The notes: generated by a model not told the origin, from the letters alone. DNA of 63,201 nt, filler included, from Stramenopiles sp. TOSAG23-2 (GCA_900128395.1; 18 parts of 18 records of this genome joined end to end with filler, not necessarily neighbours in it), one strand, 5' to 3'. Counted from the whole stretch's first letter, positions 21,657 to 35,255 are shown. Translations and numbers: made by a program.

Positions 21657-24008
21657 ATGAATAAGATATTTGTCCATCTCCCATGCCCTAATCGACGAGG
21701 TTTAAAAGTTGTAGTAGTAGTTGTAATAATTGTTAATATTTTTTTTCTACCATTCTCATCATGTGGTGTAAAATTAAATAATAATACTTGTAATAATATC
21801 AATGATCAATATTGCACGTTATTACCACCAAGAACAAATCTTGAAAATATCCATTATCAAAATAATAATAATAATAATGGTGGTTTGGAATCATCAACAA
21901 CATCACGTCCTATAACAAGTTCTCCCACATCTGCTAAAACATCTTCCGCAGATGGGACTACTACTACTACTACTAGTACATCTTCGAAACAACCACATTT
22001 ATTATTAGTTTTATTAGACGATGTTGGTTGGGCAAATTTAAAAGGCTACAATAATGGTGCATCAGGAGATCAATACCCAACGACACCAAACTTTGATGCT
22101 TCGATTGAAGCTGGAATACGTTTAAAAAATATGTATGTACAACCAATGTGTTCCCCAACACGCGCGTCTATGATGACAGGTCGATTTCCACATCGTTATG
22201 GTTCCAATGTATTTGTTCAAAGACCATATCAACCAACGTTTTTAAAGGAAGATGAAACAACATTAGCGGATAAAATGGTTGATGCTGGATATTTAACTTC
22301 ATTGGTTGGTAAATGGCATCTTGGGTATGGATTGAAAAAATATACACCATCAAGTCGTGGATTTCAACGATATTTTGGTAGCTATGAAGTAGGAGGTGGG
22401 CATTATAACCATACTGTTGGCCCTGGTACCCATGCGTTTGGATCCTTATTCACATGGGGAGCAGATGGTGTTCAACAAACACTTGATTTACATCGAGAAA
22501 CTAGTATTGATGGTGGTAAAACGATGGCAACACATTCATACGTAACCGATCAACGGGGAATATATTCATCGGATATGTTTTCAAATGAAGCTATTAAAGA
22601 AATTGATCGTGCTGCTATGATGACACCAACTAAACCATTATTCTTATATCTCGCCTATACAACGGTTCATACACCAGTGCAAGTTCCTAAAAAATATATG
22701 CATATGAATTCTCATTATGTAAAAGGGACAACGCTTGAAGTAGTTGAAAGTGCGGGAATGATGACAGCAATGGATGAAGGTTATGGTAGAGTTGTCAATG
22801 CATTGAAACGCAATAATATGTGGGAAAATACTATCGTCATGTTATTTTCAGACAATGGCGCGATGACGACGCAAGGTACATCGAATTATCCTTTACGTGG
22901 TATTAAAATGGGACCATTTGAAGGTGGAATTAAAAGTGTTGCTTTTTTAAGTGGTGGACATCCTGATATTGTAAAAAATCGTGGAAAAGTCTCCAATACG
23001 ATGCTTCATGCAGTTGATGTACATACGTTGTTATTACATTTTGCACAAGGTAACCCGGATCATGTACGTGCCGGTTTGCCATATAAAAAATTAGATGCTG
23101 TTAATGGTAAAGATTTATTCCAAAGCATTATAAGTAGTGATACGATTGGTTCACCAAGAAAGGAATTTATAGCATTATTGGATCCATTAGGTTATTTTCC
23201 ATCGACATTACAAGAGCAAGGTAATATATTACTTGGTATATGTTCTGCTATACGTGTTGGAAAATATAAATTAATATCTGGTCAACCTGGTCGAGATGAT
23301 TGGTGGCCCGTTGACGCGGGTAAATGCCATAAACGACTTTATCGTGAAGGTACTGCACGTGCTCCAACGTTTGAAAACAAAGATTGTATTCGTGGTGATT
23401 TGAGATATGAATATATTGGACGGAAAAAAGGATTTGTACCAAAAAATACATGGTTATTTGATATTGAAAAGGATCCATTCGAGAAAAATGATTTATCGGA
23501 ACAAATGCCAGACCTGGTGAAGCAATTAAAATTACGCTTAGAGGAAGAACATAAAATCGCATCGGATCCATTACCAGATCGTTGGGATTCATTGATGGGA
23601 ATGATGAAAGGCAATTATGCCGTCAAAATCAACGAAAATGGATATGAAATGGCATTAGGACATTGGCAAGAACCTGAACATTTAGCAAAAATTAGTTTTT
23701 TTCGTAAAGCATCTTCATGGTTAAAATTGACACAAATGGATCTTGAATCAAAATGGAATGGAAGATCATCGCAAGTACATTGGAAGGTAAAACAAAATCC
23801 AACTAGTGGTAGAAGTGGTGATGAATTTATAACAATGGAAGAAAAAAAGGAAGTAAGCGAAGCATTGCGTCTTGCATATGGTATGTCATCGGATGAGGAT
23901 TTTAATGAATTACAATTGAAACAAATGGCTTATCGTTTGAATGTATTAGAAGCGGAAGTGATGATGGGAGGAGGTAGTAATCATAATTTTGGTCGAGCAA
24001 AAATGTGA
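21657..24008 (+). CDS. Formylglycine-dependent arylsulfatase (ARSB-like), probably secreted or lysosomal
   Basis: LLDDVGW, CSPTRASMMTG, GKWHLG, FSDNG and LFDIEKDPFE motifs; hydrophobic N-terminal segment; alternative start at 21573. Confidence 0.9.
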   Translation: MNKIFVHLPCPNRRGLKVVVVVVIIVNIFFLPFSSCGVKLNNNTCNNINDQYCTLLPPRTNLENIHYQNNNNNNGGLESSTTSRPITSSPTSAKTSSADGTTTTTTSTSSKQPHLLLVLLDDVGWANLKGYNNGASGDQYPTTPNFDASIEAGIRLKNMYVQPMCSPTRASMMTGRFPHRYGSNVFVQRPYQPTFLKEDETTLADKMVDAGYLTSLVGKWHLGYGLKKYTPSSRGFQRYFGSYEVGGGHYNHTVGPGTHAFGSLFTWGADGVQQTLDLHRETSIDGGKTMATHSYVTDQRGIYSSDMFSNEAIKEIDRAAMMTPTKPLFLYLAYTTVHTPVQVPKKYMHMNSHYVKGTTLEVVESAGMMTAMDEGYGRVVNALKRNNMWENTIVMLFSDNGAMTTQGTSNYPLRGIKMGPFEGGIKSVAFLSGGHPDIVKNRGKVSNTMLHAVDVHTLLLHFAQGNPDHVRAGLPYKKLDAVNGKDLFQSIISSDTIGSPRKEFIALLDPLGYFPSTLQEQGNILLGICSAIRVGKYKLISGQPGRDDWWPVDAGKCHKRLYREGTARAPTFENKDCIRGDLRYEYIGRKKGFVPKNTWLFDIEKDPFEKNDLSEQMPDLVKQLKLRLEEEHKIASDPLPDRWDSLMGMMKGNYAVKINENGYEMALGHWQEPEHLAKISFFRKASSWLKLTQMDLESKWNGRSSQVHWKVKQNPTSGRSGDEFITMEEKKEVSEALRLAYGMSSDEDFNELQLKQMAYRLNVLEAEVMMGGGSNHNFGRAKM

Positions 24009-25023
24009 GGATATGTGTGTGTGAAAATGGTGCGCCGAGATGTCCAATCAGATTCTCTCTGGGAGGATTTTAAATTGTGTGCGTGAAGTGTGAAGAGTTA
24101 CAATATGGAACAAGTACATCGCATATATTTGATTTTTTTTTTACAAAAAGTACCTGCGTGTATGTGTGACTGTAGGACCGCGAGGTGTGTACATGGTGGT
24201 TTTACTAGAATGGTCTAGAGAACTTGTCATTACACTATGATATGACTATCATATGATTAGGTTTTTACAGAGTACAATTTTTTTAATATTTTTTATAAGA
24301 GACAAAAAACTTAAGTTCTTTATTTTTATGGTGTGTAATTTTTTTAAATACGTGTGTGGTATATTTTTAAAACAAACACACTATCACATGCTACACATTA
24401 TAATATACTTCTCTTTTTCTTTTCTTTCCAATCACTCTTTTCTCCTAATAATTTTTTTCTTCTTCTTCTTTTCTTCGTTAATGCACCGCTTCACACCTTG
24501 TTAATAGTTCATCGCGTATATATGTGTAAATATACGAAACATCTACTTTCCATATACGTACAAAACTTTTAACCACAAGTGTTTGCAAATTATTTCAATT
24601 CTATCCCAANNNNNNNNNNNNNNNNNNNNNNNNNNNNNNNNNNNNNNNNNNNNTTAATTAATTAANNNNNNNNNNNNNNNNNNNNNNNNNNNNNNNNNNN
24701 NNNNNNNNNCTAACAAAATTGTTTGTATTAAAATAAACCATTTTATAATGAATTTTTAAAATACCTGCTGCTTCAATGGTAGAAACACTTGCACAATATT
24801 AAGGTAATATAAAAAGATTGCCGGCAGCGCTTCTTTTTGATGATTGCACATTTATTATGAATAGTGCAATAGGCACATATAGCAACAATAGTAAAACAGA
24901 AAAAAGATATATACTGTGACTGTATATATGCATATATATCCATAGGTAGCACATAAACAAACATACATATATATATATATACAAATAAACAACATAATAC
25001 AATAAATATAGTATCATACAATT

Positions 25024-26292
25024 ATGAGTGATATTGACGAATCATCACAAGGTGTTGTATTTGAAGCGGTTACATCTTTAGAAGGTAAAGTATTAGGTGA
25101 AATATTAGAAGGAATTAAACCAGAAATTAAACAAAAACATAATAGTCCAGATGTTATTAGTGAAAAAATTGATGCAACAGCTGCTTTTGAAATATTTGCT
25201 GGACGGCGTTATTGGGGTAATAGCAAAGATGAAGATGCATTTAAAAATGAATTAAATAATCGTATAGCTAACAATAATAATACAAAGATAAATAATAGCC
25301 CTGCATTACAACGAATTGAAAGTCCCATGGAAAGATATCAACGTTTAAGAGTGGAAATGGCAGAGTTTGAAAATGATATACGTGCAGTGGAAAGTGCTGT
25401 TAAAAGTGGTAAAGAGGATAACAATAAAATTGTTGATGGTTTTTTACCAAAAGTAAAAACTGGTATTAACGAGCTTATGCAGCAATTAGCATCATTAGAA
25501 GGAAAACCTGCTTTAGGGCCATTGTTATTATCTCAAACAAATTCTTCTATTTTACATGAAATACAAAATGATTTATCAAATAATATTAAAAACAATATTG
25601 AAGAGTTAAAACAAAAGGATGGGGGAGATAGTAATGATGATAGCACGAAGAACGTCTTGAACGATACAGACAGAAATCAAATGTTACAACACGCCGCATT
25701 GGAAGAGCGTATCAATCGGCTTGAAAAGTTTTTAGGAAGTCAAAATAACAGCAATAGTAGTAGTAGTAGTAGTAGCAGTAACAACAACAACAACAACAAC
25801 AATAATAATAATAATAGTAATAGCATCAACAACAATAGCAGTGTTTTGAAAATATTAAATGATTTAGAACAAAAAATGAATGCATTGACACCTGGATTTT
25901 TGGATTCAATCCACCGTCGTTCAAAAACACTTGCACAAGAATTAGATGCCGTATCAAAAAAAATGAAACGATATGGGTCAGAGAAAAAAGGTGAAACAGA
26001 TCAAGAAAAAGAAAAAATTATTAAATTATATGATAAAATGGCAAAATATGACCATGTTTCAGAGGAAATACCTGTTATTGTAGATCGTTTACAATCAGTT
26101 GAACGACTACATAAACAAAGTTTAAATTTTGATCAAAAATTAATGCAACTGGAACAAGCTCAATTATCCTGCCTAGAATATTTGAAACGCGATGAGGAAA
26201 TTCTGAATAATTTAGAACAATCAATGTTAGATAATACAACTATTATGGAAAAAAATATAAATATGCTTGATCAGAAATTTCAAAATCTTTAA
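25024..26292 (+). CDS. DCTN2: Dynamitin (dynactin subunit 2, p50)
   Basis: ESPMERYQRLRVEMAE, LEERINRLEKFLG, KIIKLYDKM and IPVIVDRLQSVERLH motifs. Confidence 0.8.
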   Translation: MSDIDESSQGVVFEAVTSLEGKVLGEILEGIKPEIKQKHNSPDVISEKIDATAAFEIFAGRRYWGNSKDEDAFKNELNNRIANNNNTKINNSPALQRIESPMERYQRLRVEMAEFENDIRAVESAVKSGKEDNNKIVDGFLPKVKTGINELMQQLASLEGKPALGPLLLSQTNSSILHEIQNDLSNNIKNNIEELKQKDGGDSNDDSTKNVLNDTDRNQMLQHAALEERINRLEKFLGSQNNSNSSSSSSSSNNNNNNNNNNNNSNSINNNSSVLKILNDLEQKMNALTPGFLDSIHRRSKTLAQELDAVSKKMKRYGSEKKGETDQEKEKIIKLYDKMAKYDHVSEEIPVIVDRLQSVERLHKQSLNFDQKLMQLEQAQLSCLEYLKRDEEILNNLEQSMLDNTTIMEKNINMLDQKFQNL

Positions 26293-26730
26293 AATGAAAT
26301 GATATTCATCCTCCGTACCTTTGCATGACTTTTGAAGTGTCCATTTTTGGCATTATTCTTGAGTATTTGATGATGGAGGCCGAGAGTAAATAACGACGTA
26401 GAAGAGTGTTCGTTAAAAAGTCGTAAAAATTTATAATATATACGTTTTATAAAATTAAAATATATTTAAAATATATTGTTTAACTTAAAACTGGTGCATT
26501 ACCTGTATATTTTTAACATATATGTTAAAATATTAATATTATACCGAACTTCGTATTATATATGTACGACACACATAATATATCATACCACACAAAATAT
26601 ATCTCCAAATAATTATTTATTTTTATTTACATATCCCCCAGAATAATCATACTCCTCGTAGTAATATTTATTTTTTTTATTTTTTATTTTTTTTTATTGT
26701 TGCACTTTTCACATTTTTGAATGTACACAT

Positions 26731-27441
26731 ATGGGTGGAGGTGCAATTAGTAAATTAATTGGAGAAGATGATTGTAAAAAATTAGAATTCATTTTGAGTG
26801 AAGAAGCAAAGAAAGATCTGGAAGGTAAAGATATATTAAATAGTGATGATGCCATTAACGAAGTGAAACGATTAAGAATTATTTTGAAACAGAATTATGA
26901 AGCAGTACAGGCTGGTATTGAACGCGAAAAAGAATTAAAACGGAGACGAACAAATGGTAAAATAAAAGTTATTTATGAACAATATGATGATAAATTTGCC
27001 ATTGTAGATGGAAAATTAAATGTTAAAGCATTGGATGAAGAATATTGCTTATCTGATATCATGCCAGGGGTGACATTAGAATTAATATCATGTACACCAC
27101 AAGATAGAATTAATCAAGAAATCAAAGGTATAGCTGTACCATTTAATAAAAAATCAGATGACAATACAGATTTCATTGATTTATTTTGTTATATTGATGG
27201 TGAAATCAAATCGTATTGGGTATTGGCTTTTCAAGATGCAAAGCAACGAGAAGAAGATTTAAAAAAAACACGTGAGCGATTAGCGATAGAAAAGAATAAT
27301 ATCAAAGATGATGGAGGTGTCAGAGTTGAAGGTTGTAGTTGTCTTGAAGGAAATCCATGTACAGAAGCAAATAAATATAATTGTAAAAATTGGAATAATC
27401 GGTTTGAAATTGCGAAACAAAATGGATGGAAGGGATTTTAA
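26731..27441 (+). CDS. Hypothetical protein with possible N-myristoylation (MGG) and a Cys-rich C-terminus
   Basis: 236-aa ORF ending GCSCLEGNPCTEANKYNCKNWNNRFEIAKQNGWKGF. Confidence 0.7.
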   Translation: MGGGAISKLIGEDDCKKLEFILSEEAKKDLEGKDILNSDDAINEVKRLRIILKQNYEAVQAGIEREKELKRRRTNGKIKVIYEQYDDKFAIVDGKLNVKALDEEYCLSDIMPGVTLELISCTPQDRINQEIKGIAVPFNKKSDDNTDFIDLFCYIDGEIKSYWVLAFQDAKQREEDLKKTRERLAIEKNNIKDDGGVRVEGCSCLEGNPCTEANKYNCKNWNNRFEIAKQNGWKGF

Positions 27442-27940
27442 CACCGGTACATAAATAGTACTTTGGACTTCGTATATATTTTTTTACTTGCCGTAATACT
27501 TTTTTATTTTACGTTTCTCGTAAAAATGCATTACATGTACGAACAGTATATATTATATATGCATCATTATAATATAAAAGTATAATTATGCATGTATATA
27601 TATATTCGTACAGCTACCGGGAGAACATATGATACAGTACACATATCATATTTATCATAATTATTAATATACAAAGCGCGTGATAATGATATAATATTTT
27701 TTAAGGTCATGGATATGGATATGAGTAAGAGAATAATATGGAGATATACTCTTATCGATATACGTCGTATTACCTGGTAATACTTATGCGTAAATTAAAA
27801 TAATATTATATAATATATACGAAGACAAACGTATGTTCATAAATAATATTACGACGTACGTATATTAATACTTTCGTATTTATGATAAATCTCTTAAATC
27901 ATATTCATAATAATCATACTCTAGATGATATACGAACGTA

Positions 27941-28127
27941 TCACTTTTTCTTCCCCCAATTTTCTAACACTAATGCAACTTTCAATTGTTTTTCACCAAT
28001 TCCACCACCGACATCGCAACAATTTATTGTTTTTCCCATAACCTGCAATGAATATGGCAAACTATTTTTGTTACTACTACTACTACTACTAGAAAAATCC
28101 TTGTTATCATTGTATATAGGAATTGCA
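27941..28127 (-). CDS. C-terminal fragment, probably an amidase-signature family enzyme
   Basis: AIP...LPYSLQVMGK...GEKQLKVALVLEK resembles the amidase LP.GLQ..G...E..LL.VA..LE ending. Confidence 0.5.
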
Positions 28128-28227
28128 NNNNNNNNNNNNNNNNNNNNNNNNNNNNNNNNNNNNNNNNNNNNTTAATTAATTAANNNNNNNNNNNNNNNNN
28201 NNNNNNNNNNNNNNNNNNNNNNNNNNN

Positions 28228-28585
28228 GATTAAATTTCAAGAAGGTCATGTTGAAAAAGCAGGTGGTGGAAAAACAAAGGAGAGAACAGATGATAGTGAT
28301 CCAGGTGCAGATATGGTTTTACGTATGAGAACTTCTATACGTGAAATTGAGATGAAAGTAAATACACATCAAAATGAAAGAGTGTGTACATTAAAAAAAA
28401 TATTAGCGGAGGCGACAGCAAATTATAAACCAAAGTCAGATAATGAAGTACCTAAAGAGTTTCCACTTGAAGTTAGCAAAATGCGTTTTTTATGTCATGG
28501 ATATGAATTAAAAAAAGACAATGCAACATTGGATATGTATAATATAAAAGATAATGATGTTGTTCAAGTCATGGTGCGGCAATGA
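28228..28585 (+). CDS. C-terminal ubiquitin-like domain protein, 5' truncated
   Basis: KMRFLCHGYELKKDNATLDMYNIKDNDVVQVMV. Confidence 0.75.
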
Positions 28586-29038
28586 TATATTTTTTATATA
28601 TTTTCATTTAAAAAAAATACGACGTATACGTTGTAAGAATTTTGAAAAAAGTGGAACGAAGATATGTCGAAAATTACGTGTGTGCGAGATATGTGTGTGT
28701 TTGCGTTTGAGTGTATTTTAATATTCCCCCACAATAACATCCTCGTATCAGTATAATATTGATATGTGCATATCGTAAAATATACGGAGCGTATAATATT
28801 TTTACGGAAGTAAAGAATAAAATTTTATGCATATCATATCATATCTCTCAGGGTGTTAAAGATACACACACACACACACACACACTTACGATCGTACTTT
28901 TTCATCCTTTGTCATCTTTAGATGAGATAGATATCATATGATAATATATATTCAAATAATATAATGTATAATTATACGTACACATATATATATATTAACA
29001 TATCATACTACTCTGTAATATATCATTTTGTTTCTTTC

Positions 29039-31088
29039 TTAAGTAAAATTTGGTTTCTTTCCCCATACACCTTTAGTAGCAACAACTTTTTTCTCATCTT
29101 TCTTTACTCCAATAGATGGAAAATCCATTGGTTGAAATGATGGCGCATCAACATTAAATTTAGGAGATATTTCTTTCTTAATGTTATCATTATTATTATT
29201 ATTAGGTGACTTCTTTCCCCATGATGGTGATGATTTAAGATTTGTAGCTAATACAGTTTTACTTGTTATTTCAGAAGTTGTCGTTGTATCTGCAGCTACT
29301 TTTTTACCCCATGGTGAGGAAGATGCAATTGTTGTTGTTGTTGTTGTTGTTGCTGCTGCTGCTGCTGCTGTTACTGGTACTGGTGGACTAGATTCCACTT
29401 TTTTTCTACCCCAAACTCCGCCACCACCCGTTGTTATACTACTACTTTTACTTTTATTACCACCCAAAGTAGGAAAATCCATTGGTTGAAATGCTGGTGC
29501 AGTAGTATTAAATTTCATTGCACTATTCCTTTCCACACTTGGTACTTTGGCTGTCGTTGTTGTTGATGGTGGTGGTGGTGGCAAGGTTGTTTTAGATAAT
29601 TGTGAAGTAGGTTGAGATGGTACTGCTACTTGTTTCGATATGATATTTGCAGGGTTGCTACTAGTAGTGTTATTAGTAGAAGTTCGTGCAGCACCCCATG
29701 CTGGCCGACCAGATGAAGATGGTGCTGCACCCCATGGTGGACGATTTGATGATCTCATGGATGGTTCCATCGATGATTTTGGTTTCTCCCAACCACGACC
29801 GCTTGATATTCCATTATTATTATTATTACTATTATTATTACTGCCTTCGTTTTTCTTCTTTAATTCTGCTTCCATGTCTGCTAATGTACGCCTTGGTCGA
29901 TTTGTCGCATGACGGTTTAATAATCGATTTATTCCACCATTAGTAGTAGAAGACGAGCCAACATTTGCTCGTCTATTATTGGTATAATTATAATTATTAT
30001 TATTATTTCCCGTAGGTTCTGGTTTAATAGACGATGGGCTTGATATTAATGGTGATGATCGTCGTTGAAATTTAACATCATCTTCAATTTTTTTCACTTC
30101 TTCCTTTGCTTCTAAAGCCGTAATTTCATTCTTACTTAATTGTTTTTCCTTCTTTCCTAAATCATTATTGTTTGTTTCTGCGTTATTATCACTATTATCT
30201 TTTACCACGGCATCGCCGTTTTCTTTTTCTTTTGCATTTGGTGTATAATTGATTGGTCGTGTGCGATTTGTTTGAATGCATATTTTGCATACTCTTCGTG
30301 GTCCGCGTTTCATTTGTGATCTTGAATAATCAGATTCAGGCAATTGTTTTAAACAAACACTGCATTCTTTCATGATAATTTTTTTCGGTACAATATCTTT
30401 TTTATCTATTACTGCTGCCTTCGGCAATTCCAAATTTGTCATTTCCTCAACAGTAATAGTACCATCACCACCACGATCATCTATAACATCTTCAACAACT
30501 TCACTTCTACTATTACCACGTTCACGTTTATAATGCATATCCATAAAGCTTTCATCTTGCCATGAAAAACCACGAAATAGTCTTGATGGGGAGCTGTTAC
30601 GACCATCTTTGCTAGGTTCTTTAAAACTTGGTTTTGGGGAATCTAATACAGAAGACCTTGTAAACTCTTCATCAAAATTACTAGTATCTAACTCGCCATT
30701 CACAGTTGGTACGTGTGGTGCTTTTCGCTTCCGTTCAAAAACATGTACCCAATTTGTACCTTGGAAAAATCCATCGTTCTTCAATTCTACAACACCTCTT
30801 GTTTCAAACATGGTTGATTTTTGAGAACCTAAACGTCTTTCTGGATTCCGCTGCAATAATTTTTTAATAAAACTACATGTTGAGCCAGATAAATATGTTG
30901 GAAAAACTGGTTTACGATTTAAAATTTTCTCATGTAATTTCTTTCTATTTTTATCACGAAATGGTGCCTTGCCACAACACATTTCAAATACTAAACATCC
31001 AAATGCCCACCAATCGACTGATTTACCATATCGTGCACCTTTAATCTATATATATGTGTGTGTGTGTATGTGTGTATGTGTGTATGTA

Positions 31089-31119
<31 letters not shown>

Positions 31120-31642
31120 GCATGTATATGATGATTATTTAAAATTGTTAGTAAAATGTCGTCTATTTGTATTTGTGTAAAAAAAAATTGTAGTAAGAGA
31201 AAATAAAACATACCATTTCAGGTGCCATGTATTCATCCGTACCACATATTGTTTTACAAGGTGTTTCATCTGTTGTTCCATTATTTTCAATTGTACTTTT
31301 AGCCAAACCAAAATCAGTTATACGCAAATGTCCTTTATCATCCAACAAAACATTTTCAGGTTTTAAATCACGATGTATAATACCCATTTTGTGTAAATAT
31401 TCCAATGCCAATACAACTTCAGCTGCATAAAACCGTGCTTCTGGTTCTAAAAAAAATGCACGATTATTTAAATGTGAAAATAATTCACCACCTATAATAT
31501 ATTCCATAACTAAATACACTTTACTTTTTGTTTGAAACGCTGCTAATAGTTTAACTAAGAACGGATGTTCAATACGAGCCAATGCATCTCTTTCTTCAAT
31601 AGTACAATCAATTGCCGTCTTTGAATGTAAAAATTCTTTCGT
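29039..31642 (-). CDS. AGC kinase, ribosomal S6 kinase-like, with a long C-terminal extension; intron 31213-31046; 5' truncated
   Basis: HRDLKPEN and DFGLAK; TICGTDEYMAPEM joins IKGARYGKSVDWWA across a GTATGT..TAG intron; AGC tail DTSNFDEEFT, VLDSP, FRGFSW. Confidence 0.88.
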
Positions 31643-31789
31643 NNNNNNNNNNNNNNNNNNNNNNNNNNNNNNNNNNNNNNNNNNNNTTAATTAATTAANN
31701 NNNNNNNNNNNNNNNNNNNNNNNNNNNNNNNNNNNNNNNNNNTTGAGAAACAAACATTGTCCAGGGGAATGGATGATATTACACGTTTT

Positions 31790-32060
31790 AATTTATTATA
31801 TGGGATAATAATAATTTAAATTACGAATATATGTAATTTTTTAAACTATCAAAAGATAACATATATAGTAATATAAAGGACTTCTATATATGGCACCTGC
31901 AATTTATTATACGGGCATAATAATAATTACGAATATATATGTAATTTTTTAAACTATAAAAAAGATAACATATAGTAATGTTGCTAATATAAAGGACTTT
32001 AACTTAATTGATACGGGATAACAATAATTACGGATATATGTAATTTTAAAAATTATAAAA
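31790..32060. repeat. Degenerate ~110-120 bp AT-rich tandem repeat (about 2.5 copies)
   Basis: AATTACGRATATATGTAATTTT recurs at ~31818, 31924 and 32026; TAATATAAAGGACTT occurs twice. Confidence 0.75.
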
Positions 32061-32533
32061 TGGTAAAAGTAGTAATTTAATGTGTGTTTTCTAGGATGGG
32101 AAATCAGCTCGTCACTTATTCAACCGAATGTGTGGCGGATTTGTGGCAGCGATGAGTTCCCGGTAGCGAGAGTGAATATCGGAATATGCGCACTATTTCG
32201 GAAGGCCGGAACTGGTTCATATCCTTATTCATGTCAGCTAATATATTAATAGAGCATTACATAGCACGGAAATACCAAGAGACCGAAATTACAAAACTAA
32301 TAGATAATATATACACAGCACTATTACATCATGATTACTTCACACATATTTTTTTTCCGGAATAGTGCGTATTTTGGTGGATTTGGAGCAAAGCAAACCA
32401 ACATATATACTTTACCGTGTGTGATAAAAGAGAAAGGTGTGGAAGGGGAAGGCGCATTCATATATATATATAGATCAACATTTTTGAACAAAAAAGAATC
32501 AATACAAATCAATACGACAAAATTCAATACAAA

Positions 32534-33379
32534 ATGTTTACAAAATCAACCCTTTTAAAACGCGCAATTACAAATAATGCACGTACTTGCTTCTTTTCCA
32601 CAGGACGTACACCAATTGTTGGTGGAAATTGGAAATTAAATGCTGGTAATGGTACTACATATTCCGAAGTGGAAACGTTAGTAAATGATTTAAACAACGC
32701 ACCAACACCAAAAACAAATGTAGAAATCATATGTGCACCACCAGCATTGTATTTAGATCGTGTCAACCAAGGATTGGATTCAAGTAAATTTAGTGTCTCT
32801 GCACAAAATTGTTATCATGAAAACAAAGGTGCATATACTGGTGAAAATTCTGCAACTATGTTGAAAGATTTAAATATTAATTGGACTTTAATTGGACATT
32901 CAGAAAGACGTGATATCTTTAGTGAAACTGATGATATGTTGGAGAAAAAAATAACTACGGCATTGGATGAGAATTTATCTGTAATTGCATGTTGTGGTGA
33001 ACATAAAGAAGATCGTGAAAATGGCACGACTATGAATGTATTGATTCCACAATTACAAGCTATGGTAAACGGCGTTGCAAATTCTTCCAGTAAATCATGG
33101 GATAATGTCGTTATTGCATATGAACCTGTCTGGGCAATTGGTACTGGTTTAACTGCAACACCAGAACAAGCACAAGAAACACATTTGAACATACGTACAT
33201 GGTTAAAAGAAAACGTTAGCGAATCTGTTGCCAATGCTGTACGTATTCAATACGGTGGTAGTGTAAATGATGAAAATGCAAAAGAATTAGGTAATATGGC
33301 AGATATTGATGGATTTTTAGTTGGTGGTGCATCATTAGATGCAGGTAAATTTAGTACCATTTACCATGCTTTCGATTGA
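32534..33379 (+). CDS. TPI: Triosephosphate isomerase with a mitochondrial-type presequence
   Basis: GGNWK, GHSERR, AYEPVWAIGTG and LVGGASL motifs; N-terminus MFTKSTLLKRAITNNARTCFFST is basic, S/T-rich and has no acidic residues. Confidence 0.96.
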   Translation: MFTKSTLLKRAITNNARTCFFSTGRTPIVGGNWKLNAGNGTTYSEVETLVNDLNNAPTPKTNVEIICAPPALYLDRVNQGLDSSKFSVSAQNCYHENKGAYTGENSATMLKDLNINWTLIGHSERRDIFSETDDMLEKKITTALDENLSVIACCGEHKEDRENGTTMNVLIPQLQAMVNGVANSSSKSWDNVVIAYEPVWAIGTGLTATPEQAQETHLNIRTWLKENVSESVANAVRIQYGGSVNDENAKELGNMADIDGFLVGGASLDAGKFSTIYHAFD

Positions 33380-33723
33380 AATATTATTTTTTTTTAAAAT
33401 CTTCTGAAAGACACACATGTGATCTTTGTTGAGAGATGCGAGAGTAAGAAATATAAGATGTGTGTGACGTGTATGTGTGTATGAACTGGGATAAAGTTAT
33501 TCGTAAAACATCATAATATACTCGTATAAATTAAAATTTTTACAGTGTTTTTTTTAAAAACCCTCACATTGTAGTGTTACCTCTATTATGACGACGATGG
33601 TGATGATGATCTGGATTATTGTTATCCCGTATAATCAATTGGATCTTGCCAAGATAGTAAATACATTCTAAATATGCTACTATACTGGTAGTTATCCATT
33701 TTGAATTTTCATATTTTACGTCA

Positions 33724-33741
33724 TAACCCTAACCCTAACCC
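33724..33741. repeat. Interstitial telomere-like (TAACCC)3
   Basis: Exact TAACCCTAACCCTAACCC. Confidence 0.7.
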
Positions 33742-33976
33742 AATCATCCCCTCGCTGAAAATGTACATCAAATACAACTATATATACAAGGAAATGCCAG
33801 AGAGAGACGGTGTTTGTTGTAAACATTTTAAAAGAAACAACAAAATAACCTTTTTTTTTTATTATTTTCTATAGACATCAAGAAATATATATATATATAT
33901 CGTTTTCAATACAAAAAGATATACTTAACAAAACAATTTTTTTAGAATAAATTTTTACATTCACATTTTTAATTAA

Positions 33977-34996
<1,020 letters not shown>

Positions 34997-35255
34997 GTGA
35001 GAGTGTGTGAAGTTTGTTTCGAGTTAAAATATTATGATATATATTGAAATATGTGTGTTTTGGAATATATTGATTTTTGACTTTAGTGTGGAGAGATTTA
35101 AAATGAGAGAGAGCAATATGGAGTGTGGTGTTTAGATCAATCCAAATTGTTTTGTNNNNNNNNNNNNNNNNNNNNNNNNNNNNNNNNNNNNNNNNNNNNT
35201 TAATTAATTAANNNNNNNNNNNNNNNNNNNNNNNNNNNNNNNNNNNNNNNNNNNN

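Noticed and set aside
23990-24008. PTS1-like endings AKM (sulfatase) and SRI (phosphatase, 46252)
   Set aside because: Non-canonical variants that easily arise by chance; the sulfatase also has a secretory-type N-terminus
25740-25840. Poly-N/S/T/Q tracts in many proteins
   Set aside because: General trinucleotide slippage in an AT-rich genome, not locus specific
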